Shown: one piece after another, positions 1 through 18,132 of the stretch
Numbering within the stretch: position 1 is the first letter of the stretch
Layout of the letters: the number at the start of each line of letters is the position of its first letter
Assembly: GCF_009914755.1 (NCBI RefSeq)
Contig: NC_060925.1
DNA length: 64,000 bases
Source: the human T2T-CHM13v2.0 reference genome, Homo sapiens
Strand: one strand, 5' to 3'
The notes under the pieces: model-generated
Told to the model about the DNA's origin: nothing
Databases searched by the model: none
What the model saw: only the letters and a program-made list of their open reading frames with translations
Translations under genes and position numbers: made by a program

Positions 1-101
1 ATGATTTTTCAGATATGATAAATGTCAATGAACAGAAAAAAAAAAGAATAAACCAAGAACATACTGGTACAAAATATTATTTTTAATTGATATTTACTTA
101 C

Positions 102-6781
<6,680 letters not shown>

Positions 6782-6816
6782 TTTGCTTTGAAGTTGTCAG
6801 TGTCCTTTCCAGAAAC

Positions 6817-6980
6817 TATTTATATTCCTGTAAGAAGCACATTTTACAATGTAAATAGTAGCATGAATAAATACTTGAGGGCAAACTGTTTATTCATAAT
6901 CTGAAAAGGATTATCAATAATAATCCTAACTGGTGAAGAACATCAAAAAGTCTCTCATGGAAATCATCTCAATGACCTCT
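6817..6980 (-). promoter_or_regulatory. Ancestral pancreatic-type amylase proximal promoter (TATAAATA) and acceptor for the salivary untranslated exon
   Basis: Mirror of 61410-61573. TATAAATA at 6817-6824(-), acceptor TTCTTACAG|G at 6827. Confidence 0.6.
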
Positions 6981-6992
6981 TAGACATTAATG

Positions 6993-7586
6993 TTTCTTTT
7001 CTTTTCTTTTTTTTTTTTTTTTGCATATGGTAGCACTTTTATTTTTCCTTACACAATGACATGTTGCTGTGGCCTAATGTTCTCACATAACAGCAGAAAA
7101 CCAAAATTTGTTGTCAACTCTTAAAAGATCGAGAATTGCATACTAAAAAACTTTACATAAATTAAAAGGATGAATACATTTACCGGTATAAATGCGAACC
7201 GCTTCCAACTCAAGGCAAGTAACAGCCCACGGTGCTCTGGTAGATAACGTAAGCTAAGAAAGGAAACTGGGTCCTATGGCTTGGACTTTCCAACCCTGAC
7301 AGACCGACAAGACGGAAACAACTGGTTCAGGAGCCCTTCCCAGCCTCTAGATAAATCTCAGAACACTCAGCCCTGACACATTAATACCCTGCACGGATCA
7401 GAGACTGCTGACCACACAGACTCACCAAGCCAGACTTGTCTTCCACAAGCACGTTTTTAGCCATGAAGTGACCAAGCCACGTGTACTAAACACTGACATC
7501 AAAGGTATGTACAGATACCAAGGGGAAGAGTTAACTTGAATGCCAGGCCAAAATCAGCAACAAGTTCTACAATCCAGTGCTGATAT
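6993..7586 (-). pseudogene. Gamma-actin processed pseudogene 3'UTR with poly(A) tail; hosts the salivary AMY1 promoter and untranslated exon
   Basis: Matches the recalled ACTG1 3'UTR (GAAGTTAAC..., GGGTATTAAtGTGTCAGGGCTGAGTG..., GTAAGGAAAAATAAAAGTGCT) followed by an A16 tail. Probable donor CCG|GTAAAT at 7184/7183. Confidence 0.92.
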
Positions 7587-8035
7587 TGAGAAGAGAGAAA
7601 GACCCTGTCCTCTTGTTTTATATTGTTTTCTATTCAGTAAAAACAACAAGGAAGCAAAATCAAAGGCACAAAACCAGGCCTGGGCCTGGTTGGCCTAAAC
7701 CCAGTAGTTACAAATCAACTTATGATTTAGAAGCCGATGTTATTCATAGATTCCAGACATTGTATAGAAGAACATTGTGAAACTCCCTTCCATATTCTGT
7801 TTCTCCCTGACCACGGGTGCATGTAGTCCTTGTCGCATATCCCTGGCTTGTTCAAATCAATCACGACCCTTTCATGTGACATCTTTAGTGTTGTGTGCCC
7901 TTAAAAGGGACAGAAATTGTGCACTTGGGGAGCTCGGATTTTGAGACAGTAGCTATCCGATGCTCCCAGGTGAATAACACCCTTCCTTCTACAACTCGGT
8001 GTCTGAGAGTTTTGTCTGCCGCTTGTCCTGCTACA
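7587..8035 (+). repeat. 5' LTR (LTR2-type)
   Basis: TGAGAAGAGAGAAAGACCC...CCTGCTACA, direct repeat of 14959-15427. Confidence 0.93.
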
Positions 8036-8040
8036 TTTCT

Positions 8041-8058
8041 TGGTTCCCTGACCTGGAA
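8041..8058 (+). promoter_or_regulatory. Primer binding site for tRNA-Glu
   Basis: TGGTTCCCTGACCTGGAA, one mismatch to the complement of the tRNA-Glu 3' end (TGGTTCCCTGACCGGGAA). Confidence 0.88.
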
Positions 8059-8384
8059 GCAAGATAACTGATGGACGGCCGAGGCAGCTCCTTAGGCAGA
8101 TTAGGCATGCCTTGTGGAGTAAGGCCGGGGCATCCCTCAGGCTGCCAGGGACTCTGGCCAGCCTGAGGGATGGGATCCAAAGAGCGCTCCCAGGTAGGAA
8201 ATGGCCCCGGTTGAACGCCTCGCCAGAGCAGTGATCCCCGCGGAGGATTAACACAGTGGCTGAACACCAGGAAGGAACTGGCACTTGGAGTCCAGACATC
8301 TGAAACTTAGTAAGACAAGTCTTTTCAACTTGCCCCACTCCACCTGAGCGGAAGCTTGGCCTGATCGCTCATGGTGTGCCTGCA

Positions 8385-9737
8385 CCCATATCAATTTCCA
8401 TATAGAGATTCCTAGTTACAGCTAGTTTTAGATCCTCTACAGTGGTAAAAGGACAGGCAGCAGCAGTAGTAGTAGCAAAGGGACATTTATTTCAGGAAAG
8501 TTCTCGCTCCACCGGCCAAGAGAAGCCAGCACCTAAAGTTCTGTTTGACCCAGAGCTCGAGGACTCAAGGCAGGAGATGGCACCAACAGTGCCCTCAACC
8601 CCTTATCCAGTGGGGAGGCCCCCTTCTCCTGAGCCCACAGCCCCTAGACCACCCAGAGTAGACAAGAACAAAAGTGAAACTGCGGGAAAATCCACTTCCC
8701 TGGCAGCCCGCTTAACGGCCCAAGACGGGAATTCAAATGCCCTGAGAGAGCAGCGATATACTAGGACAGATGAGGTCAGACATACGGTAGAAAGGCATGC
8801 TTTTGTGTATCACCCTTTTACCTCTGCTGAACTACTCAACTGGAAAAATAACACTCCATCTTACACTGAAAAGCCTCAAGCCCTAATTGACTTGCTTCAA
8901 AGAATTATCCAGACTCAGAATCCTACTTAGGCTGATTGCCACCAGCTACTCATGTACCTCTTTAAAACACATAAAAGGCAACAGGTGCTGCAGGCAACAG
9001 TTAAATGGCTGGAGGAGCACATCCCAGCCAATTATCAAAGTCCCCAAGAATACATAAGAATTCAGCTGCCAGGAACGGACCCTCAATAGGATCCAAATGA
9101 AGGACCAGATATGGAAAGGCTAAGAGGGTACCGAGAGGCATTAATTGAAAGGTTGAAAAAAGGGGCTCAAAAGGGTACCAATGTAAATAAAGTTTCTGAA
9201 GTCATCCAAGGAAAGGAGGAAAGCCCAGCCCAGTTCTATCAAAGACCGTGTGAGGCCTATTGCATGTACACTCCTTTCGATCTGGAGAGTCCTGAAAATC
9301 AGCCGTTGATTAATACGGCCTTAGTTATTCAGAGTGCAGAAGATATCCAGAGAAAATTGCAAAAACAGGCTAGGTTTGCAGGAATGAAAACCTTGCAGTT
9401 ACTGGAAAGAGCTAATGAAGTATTTGTAAATAGAGATGCAACAAGCGGCCAAGAAAGCCGTAAGGAGGGCGAACGCCAGGCCAGGTGAAACGCTAGTTTG
9501 CTGGCTGTGACAATTAGAGGAATTCTCCTGAAAAGGCAGAAAAAAGGGGGTTCTGGGAGGAATGCCCTGTCCAATCACTCACATTTGCAGCATGACTAAT
9601 GTGCCTACTGTAAAGAAATAGGACATTAGAAAGATAAATGTCCCCAACTCAAAGAAAATCAGAGTGATGCAGAGCCAAAGACCTCAAACCAAGATGAAAG
9701 GATTTTGTTCAATCTAGCTGAGGGGCTGCTAGAATTA
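8385..9737 (+). pseudogene. gag: gag remnant (N-terminus deleted, stops and frameshifts)
   Basis: YHPFTSAELLNWKNNTPSYTEKPQ, MHR-like QGKEESPAQFYQR, zinc knuckle CAYCKEIGH*KDKCP. Confidence 0.9.
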
Positions 9738-12700
9738 AGGGGAACAGGCTCAAATGCCCCCAAGGAGCCCATGGTCAGGATGACAATAAGGGGCAAGGAC
9801 ATTAAGTTTTTAGTGGATACAAGAGCCGAACACTCAGTAGTAAGCACTCCAGTGGCCCCCTCATCTATAAAGACCATTGATAGAATTAGAGCAACAGGAG
9901 TCTCTACCAAGCAGGACTTCTGTCTACCGCGCAACTGCTCAGTGGGAGGACACAAAGTGATTTATCCATTTCTGTATATGTCTGACTGTCCCTTGCCTTT
10001 GTTGAGAAGAGACTTGCTTAGCAAGTTAAGAGCCACCATTTCCTTGACAAAACAAGGCACTTTACAGCTGGAGTTGCCAGAAACAGGAGTCATCATGGCC
10101 CTTCCAGTCCCCCAGGAAGAAGAGTGGAGACTTTTGCTAACTGAGCCAGCTCAGGAAATAAAAGTGGCTCCAGCTGAGTGACGGCTCTGAGTAGAGATGG
10201 AGGACAATCCTCTGAGGCTGGCAATCAATCAAGCCCCCGTACTCATAGAAGTTTAGCCTACGACCTAGCCAATTGGACAAAAGCCGTATCCTGTTCCCAG
10301 GGAAGCCTTTAAAGGAATAGAGACTCATCTTATATGCTTAAAAGCCTCTGGAATTCTAGTTCCTTGCCAGTCTCCATGGAACACCCACCTCCTACCTGTC
10401 CCTAAACCAAGGACCAAAGACTATCGACCCGTACAGGACTTGAAAGATGCCTTCTTCACATCAGGCTAGTTCCTGAGAGCCAAAAGCTGTTTGCCTTTCA
10501 GTAGGAAGATCCGGAGTCAGATGTCACCATTCAGTACACTTAGACTCGACTTTCCCAAAGGTTCAAAAAGTCCCCCACCATCTTTGGGGAGGCCTCGGTT
10601 GGAGACCTCCAAATGTTTCCTGCTAAAGACCTAGGTTGCATCCTGCTCCAGTATGTAGATGACCTTCTGCTAGGACACTCCATGGCAGTCAGGTGTGCAA
10701 AAAGGACGGGTGCCCTGCTTCGACACCTGGAGGACTGTGGATATAAAGTGCCCAAAAAGAAAGCTCAGATCTGCAGACAGCAGGTACACTACCTAGGATT
10801 CACTATTTGAAAAGGGGAGTGCAGTCTATGGTCAGCAAGAAAGCAGGTCATCTGCAGCTTACCAGAACCTAAAACCAGGAGGCAAATAAGAGAACATTTA
10901 GGAGCTGTGAGATTTTTGCAGACTGCAGATTCCAAACTTTGTGGTGTTAGCCAAAGCATTGAATGGAGTTATAAAGGGGGTGACCGAGAGCCTTTTAAAT
11001 AGAGGTCTCTACAACAACAAGACTTATAAGTTAAAAGAAAAACTTATGTCAGCCCAAGCTGACTCTAATGTAACTCTAAGGAACACCAAAAGACACCATT
11101 GGCTAACAAATGCTACATTAACTAAACACCAAAGCTTGTTATGTGAAAATCAATGTATAACCATAGAAGTCTGTAATTCTTTAAATCCTGCCACTTTGCT
11201 CCCAGTATCAGACAGCCCTGTTAAACATAACTGTGTAGAGGTGTTGGACTATGTCTATTCTAGCAGACCAGATCTTTGAGACCAGCCATAGGCATTGGTA
11301 GATTAGGAGTTCTACATGGACAGAAGCAGCTTCATCAACCCGCAAAGAGAAAGGTGTGCAGGATATGCAGTAGTAAACTTAGATGATGTTGTTGAAGCTA
11401 AGCCATTGCCTCAGAGCACTTCAGCCCAAAAAGCAGAACTCATTCCTCTAACTCGGGCTCTGGAACTCAGTGAACCTAAGATTGTAAACATCTATACTGA
11501 TTCTTGATATGCCTTTCTAACCCTTCAAGTATGTGGAGCATTGTATAAGGAAAAAATTCTAGAGGAAAAGACATAAAATGTCAGCAAGAAATTCTACAAT
11601 GATTAGAAGCAGTGTAGAAACCCCAAAAGGTGGCATTCATGCATTGCAGGGGATATCAGCGAGTTTCCGCTTCGGTTTGCCAAGGAAAGCCCTGAGCAGA
11701 CACAGAGGCAGGAAAAGCAGCATCTACTCCTTACCAGACATCAGTCACAGCCCTGCTACTCCTTCAAATGCTTGATCTGGTGCCAACTTATTCTAAAGAG
11801 GAAAAAGAATTTTTTCAGACAGAGAGAGGACAAACAATAAAGGAAAGATACATAAAGTTACCAGATGGAAGAATAGCAGTGCCACCGCTGCTATACAGTC
11901 ATGCTGACTGTATGTGAAACTACCCATTGAGGCCAAGAATCACTTGAAAAGCTGTTAGGCCAGTATTTCTACATCTCACCCTTGCCAGCTGTTGCTACAA
12001 CAGTAGCGCAGTGATGCCTTACCTGTGGACAGCACAATGCGAAGCAAGGCCCCTCTGTACCTCGGGGAATAGAAGCCTCTGGAGCAGCTCATTTTGAAGA
12101 TCTTCAAGTGGACTTCACAGAAATGCCTAAATGTAGAAGTAACAAGTATTTACTGGTTCTAGTGTTTACTTACTCTAAGTAGGTGGAGGCTTATCCAACA
12201 TGAACTGAAAAAGCTCCTGAAGTAACCTGTGTACTTCTTCAAAATTTCATCCCTAGGTTTGGACTGCCTCTACGAATTGGCTCAAATAATAGGCCAGCAT
12301 TTGTTGCTGACTTGATACAGAAGACGGCAAAGGTATTAAGAATTTCATAGAAGTTACATGCCGTTTACCAACCTTAGAGTTCCGGAAAGTGCAGCAAATG
12401 AATCGAACTATCAGAAAAAGTTTCTGGAAAGTATGTCAAGAAACAAATTTAAAATAGACACAAGTCCTTCCTATAGTATTGTTTAAAATTAAGTGTACCC
12501 CTTCTAAGAGAACAGCATACTCCCCCTTTGAAATTCTGTATCATAGGCCTCCTCCCATACTGGGAGGGCTTCCAGGTACTCCCCAAGAGTTAGGTGAGAT
12601 TGCATTACAGCGGCAGCTACAGGCCTTAGGGAAAATTACTCAGACTATCTCAACTTGAGTAAATGAGAGGTGCCCAGGCAGCTGATTCTCCCCAGTTCAC

Positions 12701-12930
12701 CCTTTTTCTCCAGGTGACATTGTGTGGATCAAGGACTGGAACGTGGCTCCGCTGTGGCCACAGTGGAAAGGACCCCAGACAATTAACCTGACCACTCCCA
12801 CAGCTGTCAATGTAGAAGGAATCCCAGCCTAGATTCACCACAGCCTCATGAAGCCTGCAGCCGCTGAGACCTAGGAGGCCAAACCAAACTTGGACAATCC
12901 CTGAAAAGTGACCTTGAAGAAAATGACAAG
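9738..12930 (+). pseudogene. pol: pro-pol remnant (protease, RT, RNase H, integrase)
   Basis: FLVDT(R)A, SPWNT, LLQYVDDLLL (YVDD 10652-10663), TSAQKAELI...NIYTDS, LQVDFTEMP, integrase GPY/F-like tail. Many stops. Confidence 0.9.
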
Positions 12931-12980
12931 CCCTGCTCCAATCACACCACGAAGCTGACTAGACTACACATGGCCAAAGC

Positions 12981-14930
12981 ATGAGGAAAATCGTCGTAGG
13001 ACTTATTGTCCTTATAACATGGACCTGTGTGGTAAAAGCTTCCACTACCTCTTCCCACACAGAGGACTGCCTTCAGTGCATACATCAGGACACTGAAGAA
13101 GGACAAGTTAAGATGATCGTTTTATTTTACAGCTATTATGAATGCCTAAGAACTCCAAACAGAACCTGTTTGTATAATAACACCCAGTACTAAGTATGTA
13201 ATCCAGGAAGTGACCAGCCCGATGTGTGCTATGACCCCTCTAAACCCCCATGATCACAGTCTTCGAAGTAAGACTAAGAACTGGTCCTTCTCTAAGTAAC
13301 ACAAGTAAAGTGATAGCTAGAACAGAAGAAAGAAGAGTCCCCACAAATGTAACTTTAAAATTTGATGCTCGTGCCACTATTAATACTAAACAGCAGAGGA
13401 TAAGATGCATTTCTCTAAATTTGGGAAAAATTACACACAGAAAATAAGTACATCTGTCAAGAACCATATTTATGTTCGATGTGTCAATAGTGGTATTGCG
13501 TCAGTTAGGCTACTTAGAAGAAAGATAAAAAAGATCCTGTTTGGCTCCAAAAAAGAAAAGTCAGCCCCTCTTGCACAAGTGGGAGCTGCAACCCTTTAAA
13601 ATTGATCATCACAAACCCCTCAGATCCAAAGTGGAATAAAAGAAAATATATAACATTAGGCATTGATAGAAAAGGACTAGATTCTAGTGTAAGCATCCTG
13701 ATAAAAGAAGAAGTTCAAAAACGCTCACCAGGACAAGTATTTCACACTTTCTATGATGAATTCAATGTGCCTATACCTGAAATTTCTGAAAAAAACTAAA
13801 AATTTGTTTTTGCAATTAGCCAAACATGTAGCCCAGTCTCTACAAGTCATTTCATGTGATGTTTGTGGAAGGACTGTAACAGGAGATCAATGGCCATAAG
13901 AAGCCCAAGAATTAGTTCCTACAGATGGAGTTCCTCACGAATTCCATCCCAAAAGAACAACCCCGACAATTTTTAGTTTCTAAAAGTCACAATTATTAGA
14001 CAGTAATGCGTAGCTAGAGAAAGAAAAGGATTTACTCATCCCGTAAGGCGGCTTATTTGTCTTAGGCAAAACCTGTATAATGGTGCCACAAAAACAGTTA
14101 CATGGTACAGTTCCAATTACACAGAAAGAAATGCATTCAGCAAATTTCCAAAGTTGCAGACTGTTTAGGCCCATCCAGAATTCCACCAGGACTGGACGGC
14201 CCCCACTAGGTTATGCTAGATATGTAGACACAAAGCTTATGCTAAGCTGCCTGACCAGTGGGCGTGTGGCTGTGTAATTGGCACCATGAAGCCATCTTTC
14301 TTCTTACTGCCCATAAAAACAGTTGAACTTGTAGGCTTCCCAGTCTATGCTTCCCAGGCAAAATGAAGCATAGCCATAAGTGGTTAGAAAGATGATGAAT
14401 GCACCCCTGAAAGAATCATACAATACTATGGACCCGCCACTTAAGTACAAGATGGCTCATGAGGATATCCAACCCCTATCTACATGCTCATATGGTTACA
14501 AGCTGCTTTAGAAATTATTACTAATAAAACCCAACAAGCCTTGACTGTTCTTGCCTGGCGAGAGAATCTGACGAAACATGTTGCCTACACATAGATGATA
14601 AAGAACAAGTAGTTGAGCATATACTTAAGGATATAACAAAACTGGCACATGTACTCGTGCAAGGCTGGCACAGACTCAATCCAGGAGCCATGTTTAGAAA
14701 GTAGTTCCCAGCAATAGGAGGATTTAAAACTCTTATAATAGAGGTAATAATAGTAATAGGAACCTGCTTACTGCTCCCTTGTCTGATACCTGTGTTTCTC
14801 CAAATCATAAAAAACTTCGTCTCTCCCTTATTTCACCAAAAGCCTTCAGCACAAGCATACAATATAAATGGCTATCAATCTATTGCACAGAAGAACATAA
14901 ATCATAAAAGTGACAGCTCCCACTAATAAA
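12981..14930 (+). pseudogene. env: env remnant
   Basis: Signal peptide MRKIVVGLIVLITWTC, CxxC, TM CCLHIDD, hydrophobic anchor VIIVIGTCLLLPCL. Many stops. Confidence 0.85.
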
Positions 14931-14958
14931 AATGAGTGAAAGTCTCAAAGAAAGAAAA

Positions 14959-15427
14959 TGAGAGAGGAGAAAGACCCTCTCCTCTTGTTTTACATTGTTT
15001 TCTATTCAGTAAAAACAACAAGGAAATAAAACCAAAGACAGGCAGCCCGGCGCCAGGCCCAAAAACAGACCTGGGCCTGGTTGGCCTAAACCCAGTAGTT
15101 GAACATCCACTTATGATTTAGAAGCCGATGTGATTCACAGATTCCAGATATTGTGTAGAAGAACATTGTGAAACTCTCTTCCATATTCTGTTTCTCCCTG
15201 ACCACCGGGGCAAGTAGTCCTTGTCATGTATACCTCGCTTGCTCAAATCAATCACAAAGCTTTCATGTGAAATCTTTAGTGTTGTGAGCCCTTAAAAAGG
15301 ACAGAAATTGTGCACTCCAGGAGCTCAGATTTAGAGACAGTAGCTGGCTAATGCTCCCAGCTGAATAAAGCCCTTCCTTCTACAACTCAGTGTCTGAGAG
15401 GTTTTTTCTGCGGCTCGTCCTGCTACA
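14959..15427 (+). repeat. 3' LTR (LTR2-type), preceded by a purine tract at 14947-14958
   Basis: TGAGAGAGGAGAAAGACCC...CCTGCTACA, AATAAA at 15364-15369. Confidence 0.93.
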
Positions 15428-15501
15428 ATGTCAGATACAAGCTTCAAGGACAACTTCTTTCCCAAGGCTTATTCCAGTTTTGTGAGGCTAGCATGAGGTG
15501 T
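15428..15501 (-). pseudogene. Upstream stub of the gamma-actin pseudogene 3'UTR, split off by the provirus
   Basis: Reverse complement ACACCTCATGCTAGCCTCAC...TGAAGCTTGTATCTGA continues into 7586 across the TSD. Confidence 0.85.
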
Positions 15502-15920
15502 ATTTTTTAATTTACCTGACCAAATGCACATAGGGAAAACACATTCTTTTTTGAATTGTTTATATAGAATCAGAAGTTGAGTCTTTTAAAGGATTGAAAT
15601 AAAACAGAAAATTCTAACTGGACTAAGATCATATGTATGCACTTGTTCATATGAATATTTGCAAATATTTTGTTTTTATAAGAAGTGTTATAATGAACAT
15701 CTGTATACATGTTTACACATGGGTAATTCTGTATGCTAGATAAACGTATGTGAAACTGGAAGCATATTTTTAAATTTTCATATTATGCAAAATTGCCCTT
15801 ACAAATGTATCAAAGTTTACTCTCTAGTAGCATTCTGTTATAGTACCTTTTGCCACACTCCCACCAAAAATGAATATTATCATAGCTCTAATTTTTGCCT
15901 AATAGATTAAAAATGATTTG

Positions 15921-16228
15921 GGCCAGACACGGTGGCTCACAGCTGTAATCCCAGAACATTGGGAAGTTGAGGCAGGCAGATCACGAGGTCAGGAGATGGA
16001 GACCATCCTGGCTAACATGGTGAAACCCTGTCTCTACGAAAAACACAAAAAATTAACCAGGCATGGTGGCGGGCCCCTGTAGTCCCAGCTACTTTGGAGG
16101 CTGAGGCAGGAGAATGGCGGTGTGAACTTGGGAGGCAGAGCTTGCAGTGAGCCCAGATCGCCCCAATGCACTCCAGTGTTGGCGACAGAGGGTGACTCCC
16201 TCTCAAAAAAAAAAAAAAAAAAAAAAAG
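15921..16228 (+). mobile_element. Full-length Alu (AluSc/Y-like) within an old L1 fragment
   Basis: GGCCAGACACGGTGGCTCAC...A24 tail, TSD-like A..GATTTG on both sides. Confidence 0.92.
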
Positions 16229-16532
16229 AGATTTGTGTTTTTCCCAATTACTAGCAAGGCTGAACATCATTTCACACTTTTTGGCCTTTTGAGTTTTCTC
16301 TTGAAATTTGCTTCTTCCTTTTCCCATCTAGTTTTGCTTTAATTGTTATGTTCTTTCTTATTGAATGTTTTGAGTTCTTATGTTGTTATCATTTGTCATG
16401 TATTGGAAATATACTGTCCTAATATATCACTGTTTTTTGAAGTCTTTCCAGTGCAAATTTAAGCAATCATGGATGTTGGTAAGAATTAGGACAGTGCCAA
16501 AGGTATGCCTGCATTATTATTTTTTGTCCAAC

Positions 16533-16817
16533 TACACTCATGCATTCCTTAATGACAGGAGTATGTTCTGAAGACAAAGCCCTTAGGTAATTAAGCCACT
16601 GTGCAAATATCACAGAATGGACTTCATTAACCTAGATTGCATAGCCTATTCCTCCTAGGCTACAAACCTGTAAAGCATGTTATTTTACTGAATACTATAG
16701 GCAACTGTAAAGCAGTGTAGCTGTGTATCTCAATACATTTAAACATAGGAAACTTCCAATAAATGTATGGCATAATAAACTTAACTATACCACCATCATA
16801 TATGCGGTGCATGACTG
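16533..16817 (-). mobile_element. Tigger3-like DNA transposon MITE
   Basis: Reverse complement starts CAGTCATGCACCGCATA..GATGGTGGT and contains CAGGTTTGTAGCCTAGGAG. Confidence 0.6.
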
Positions 16818-16868
16818 TACTCACCATGCAAAAGGTTTTAAGTTTTAAAGTGATTATTTGTTTAACTA

Positions 16869-17060
16869 CAGTGGTTCCTTGTGCCTCCATATCCATGAGG
16901 AATTGGTTCCAGGACCCACCATGGATACTTAAAGCAATAACTACTCGAGTCCTTTATATAAAATGTAGTATTTCCATATAACCTTTACATCATCTCAGAT
17001 TACTTATAATGACTAATGCAACGTAAATGCTATGTCAAAAGTTGCGATACTATGTTGTTT
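16869..17060 (+). mobile_element. MER2-like DNA transposon fragment
   Basis: ATTGGTTCCAGGACCC...GTCCTTTATATAAAATG...AGATTACTTATAAT. Confidence 0.65.
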
Positions 17061-17636
17061 TGCAATCGGGAAGTCCCCAAAATAACACTCTTTCTGCTTA
17101 CATTTCACAGCCAAAGCAAATCACTTGGACCTTCTGAAAATCAGCAGGATGGGAGTATTCATTTGCAAGGAGGATCACTAATATTTCTGAACAATAGTAC
17201 ACTGCATATGTGAGAGTGGAAATAAAAATTCTAACAGGAAAAGTAAAAGAATTTTCATTGGAGTGAACATTTGAAAAACAAGAAATGTGAGTTTAAATAT
17301 ATATTTTTAAGAAAAATACAATATATACAGAGCTTCTCACACTCAACCTCAATCTCTTACACCTCAACCTTTCCTTCAATAGCAAGACATTCAATTTCTT
17401 GCAAGTTTATATGATCATTTCTATGCGTGTTTTTGTGACTTACTTCATCTAATGTACCCATAAATAACACATAATGGTGTTTTATGTAGTTACCTTTTCC
17501 TAAGCTTTGAAAAGTTTCTCAAAATTGCTCTCATCTTAAATTTTGGATATTCAAAGATTCTGGTATATAAATTCCATATTAAGTGCTATTTTATAATTTA
17601 CAGAAAAATAAAATAAAATTTCTTATGTAAAATACC

Positions 17637-17921
17637 TTTTTTTGGATGTTACTCCATCACCCAGGCTGGAATGCAATGGCGCAATCTCAGCTCACTGCAA
17701 TCTCCCCTTCTGGGTCAAAACAATTCTCCTGCCTCAGCCTCCCAAGCAGCTGGGAGCACAGGCACGCGACACCAAGTCCAGCAAATATTTTTGTATTTTT
17801 AGTAGAGACGGGGTCTCACCGTGTTGGCCAGGCTTGTCTCTAACCCCTGACCACAGGTTGATTTGCCTGTGTTGGCCTCCCAAAGTACTGGCGTTACAGA
17901 AATGAGCCACTGTGCCTGGCC
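17637..17921 (-). mobile_element. Alu (AluS-like)
   Basis: Dimeric Alu sequence on the - strand. Confidence 0.9.
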
Positions 17922-18092
17922 TCTTTTTTTCCTTTCTAATTGATACCATTTAAATGGATATAACCACCTCAAATCTTTATATATTAGTCACAGTTGTTCT
18001 AGACTTATTTGATTTCCTAGCTTTTTCTTCATTGCTTTGACCTTGTTCATGTTGGGTACAGGGTATATCTTTCCTGAAGTTTTTCAATGTTT

Positions 18093-18132
18093 TGTGTGTG
18101 TGTGTGTGTGTGTGTGTGTCTGTGTGTGTGTG
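18093..18132. repeat. (TG)13 TC (TG)6 microsatellite
   Basis: Direct count. The mirror copy has 14 units. Confidence 0.9.

Larger units (their letters stand above)
7587..15427 (+). mobile_element. HERV-E provirus (amylase-associated ERV), defective, 7841 bp, antisense to AMY1
   Basis: TG...CA LTRs, tRNA-Glu PBS, gag/pro/pol/env remnants. Flanked by a 4-bp TSD, ATAT (7583-7586) and ATGT (15428-15431), inside the actin 3'UTR. Confidence 0.95.

Noticed and set aside
7901-8338. 145-aa antisense ORF over the LTR/leader (mirror 60051-60488)
   Set aside because: No ATG start (GTG) and no recognisable domain; expected by chance in GC-rich leader sequence.
8442-14277. gag/pol/env ORF fragments as functional or domesticated genes
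   Set aside because: All are 162 aa or shorter, bounded by stops and frameshifts, with mutated catalytic motifs.
16012-17949. ORFs such as [16 protein letters not shown]
   Set aside because: Translations of Alu and MER elements.
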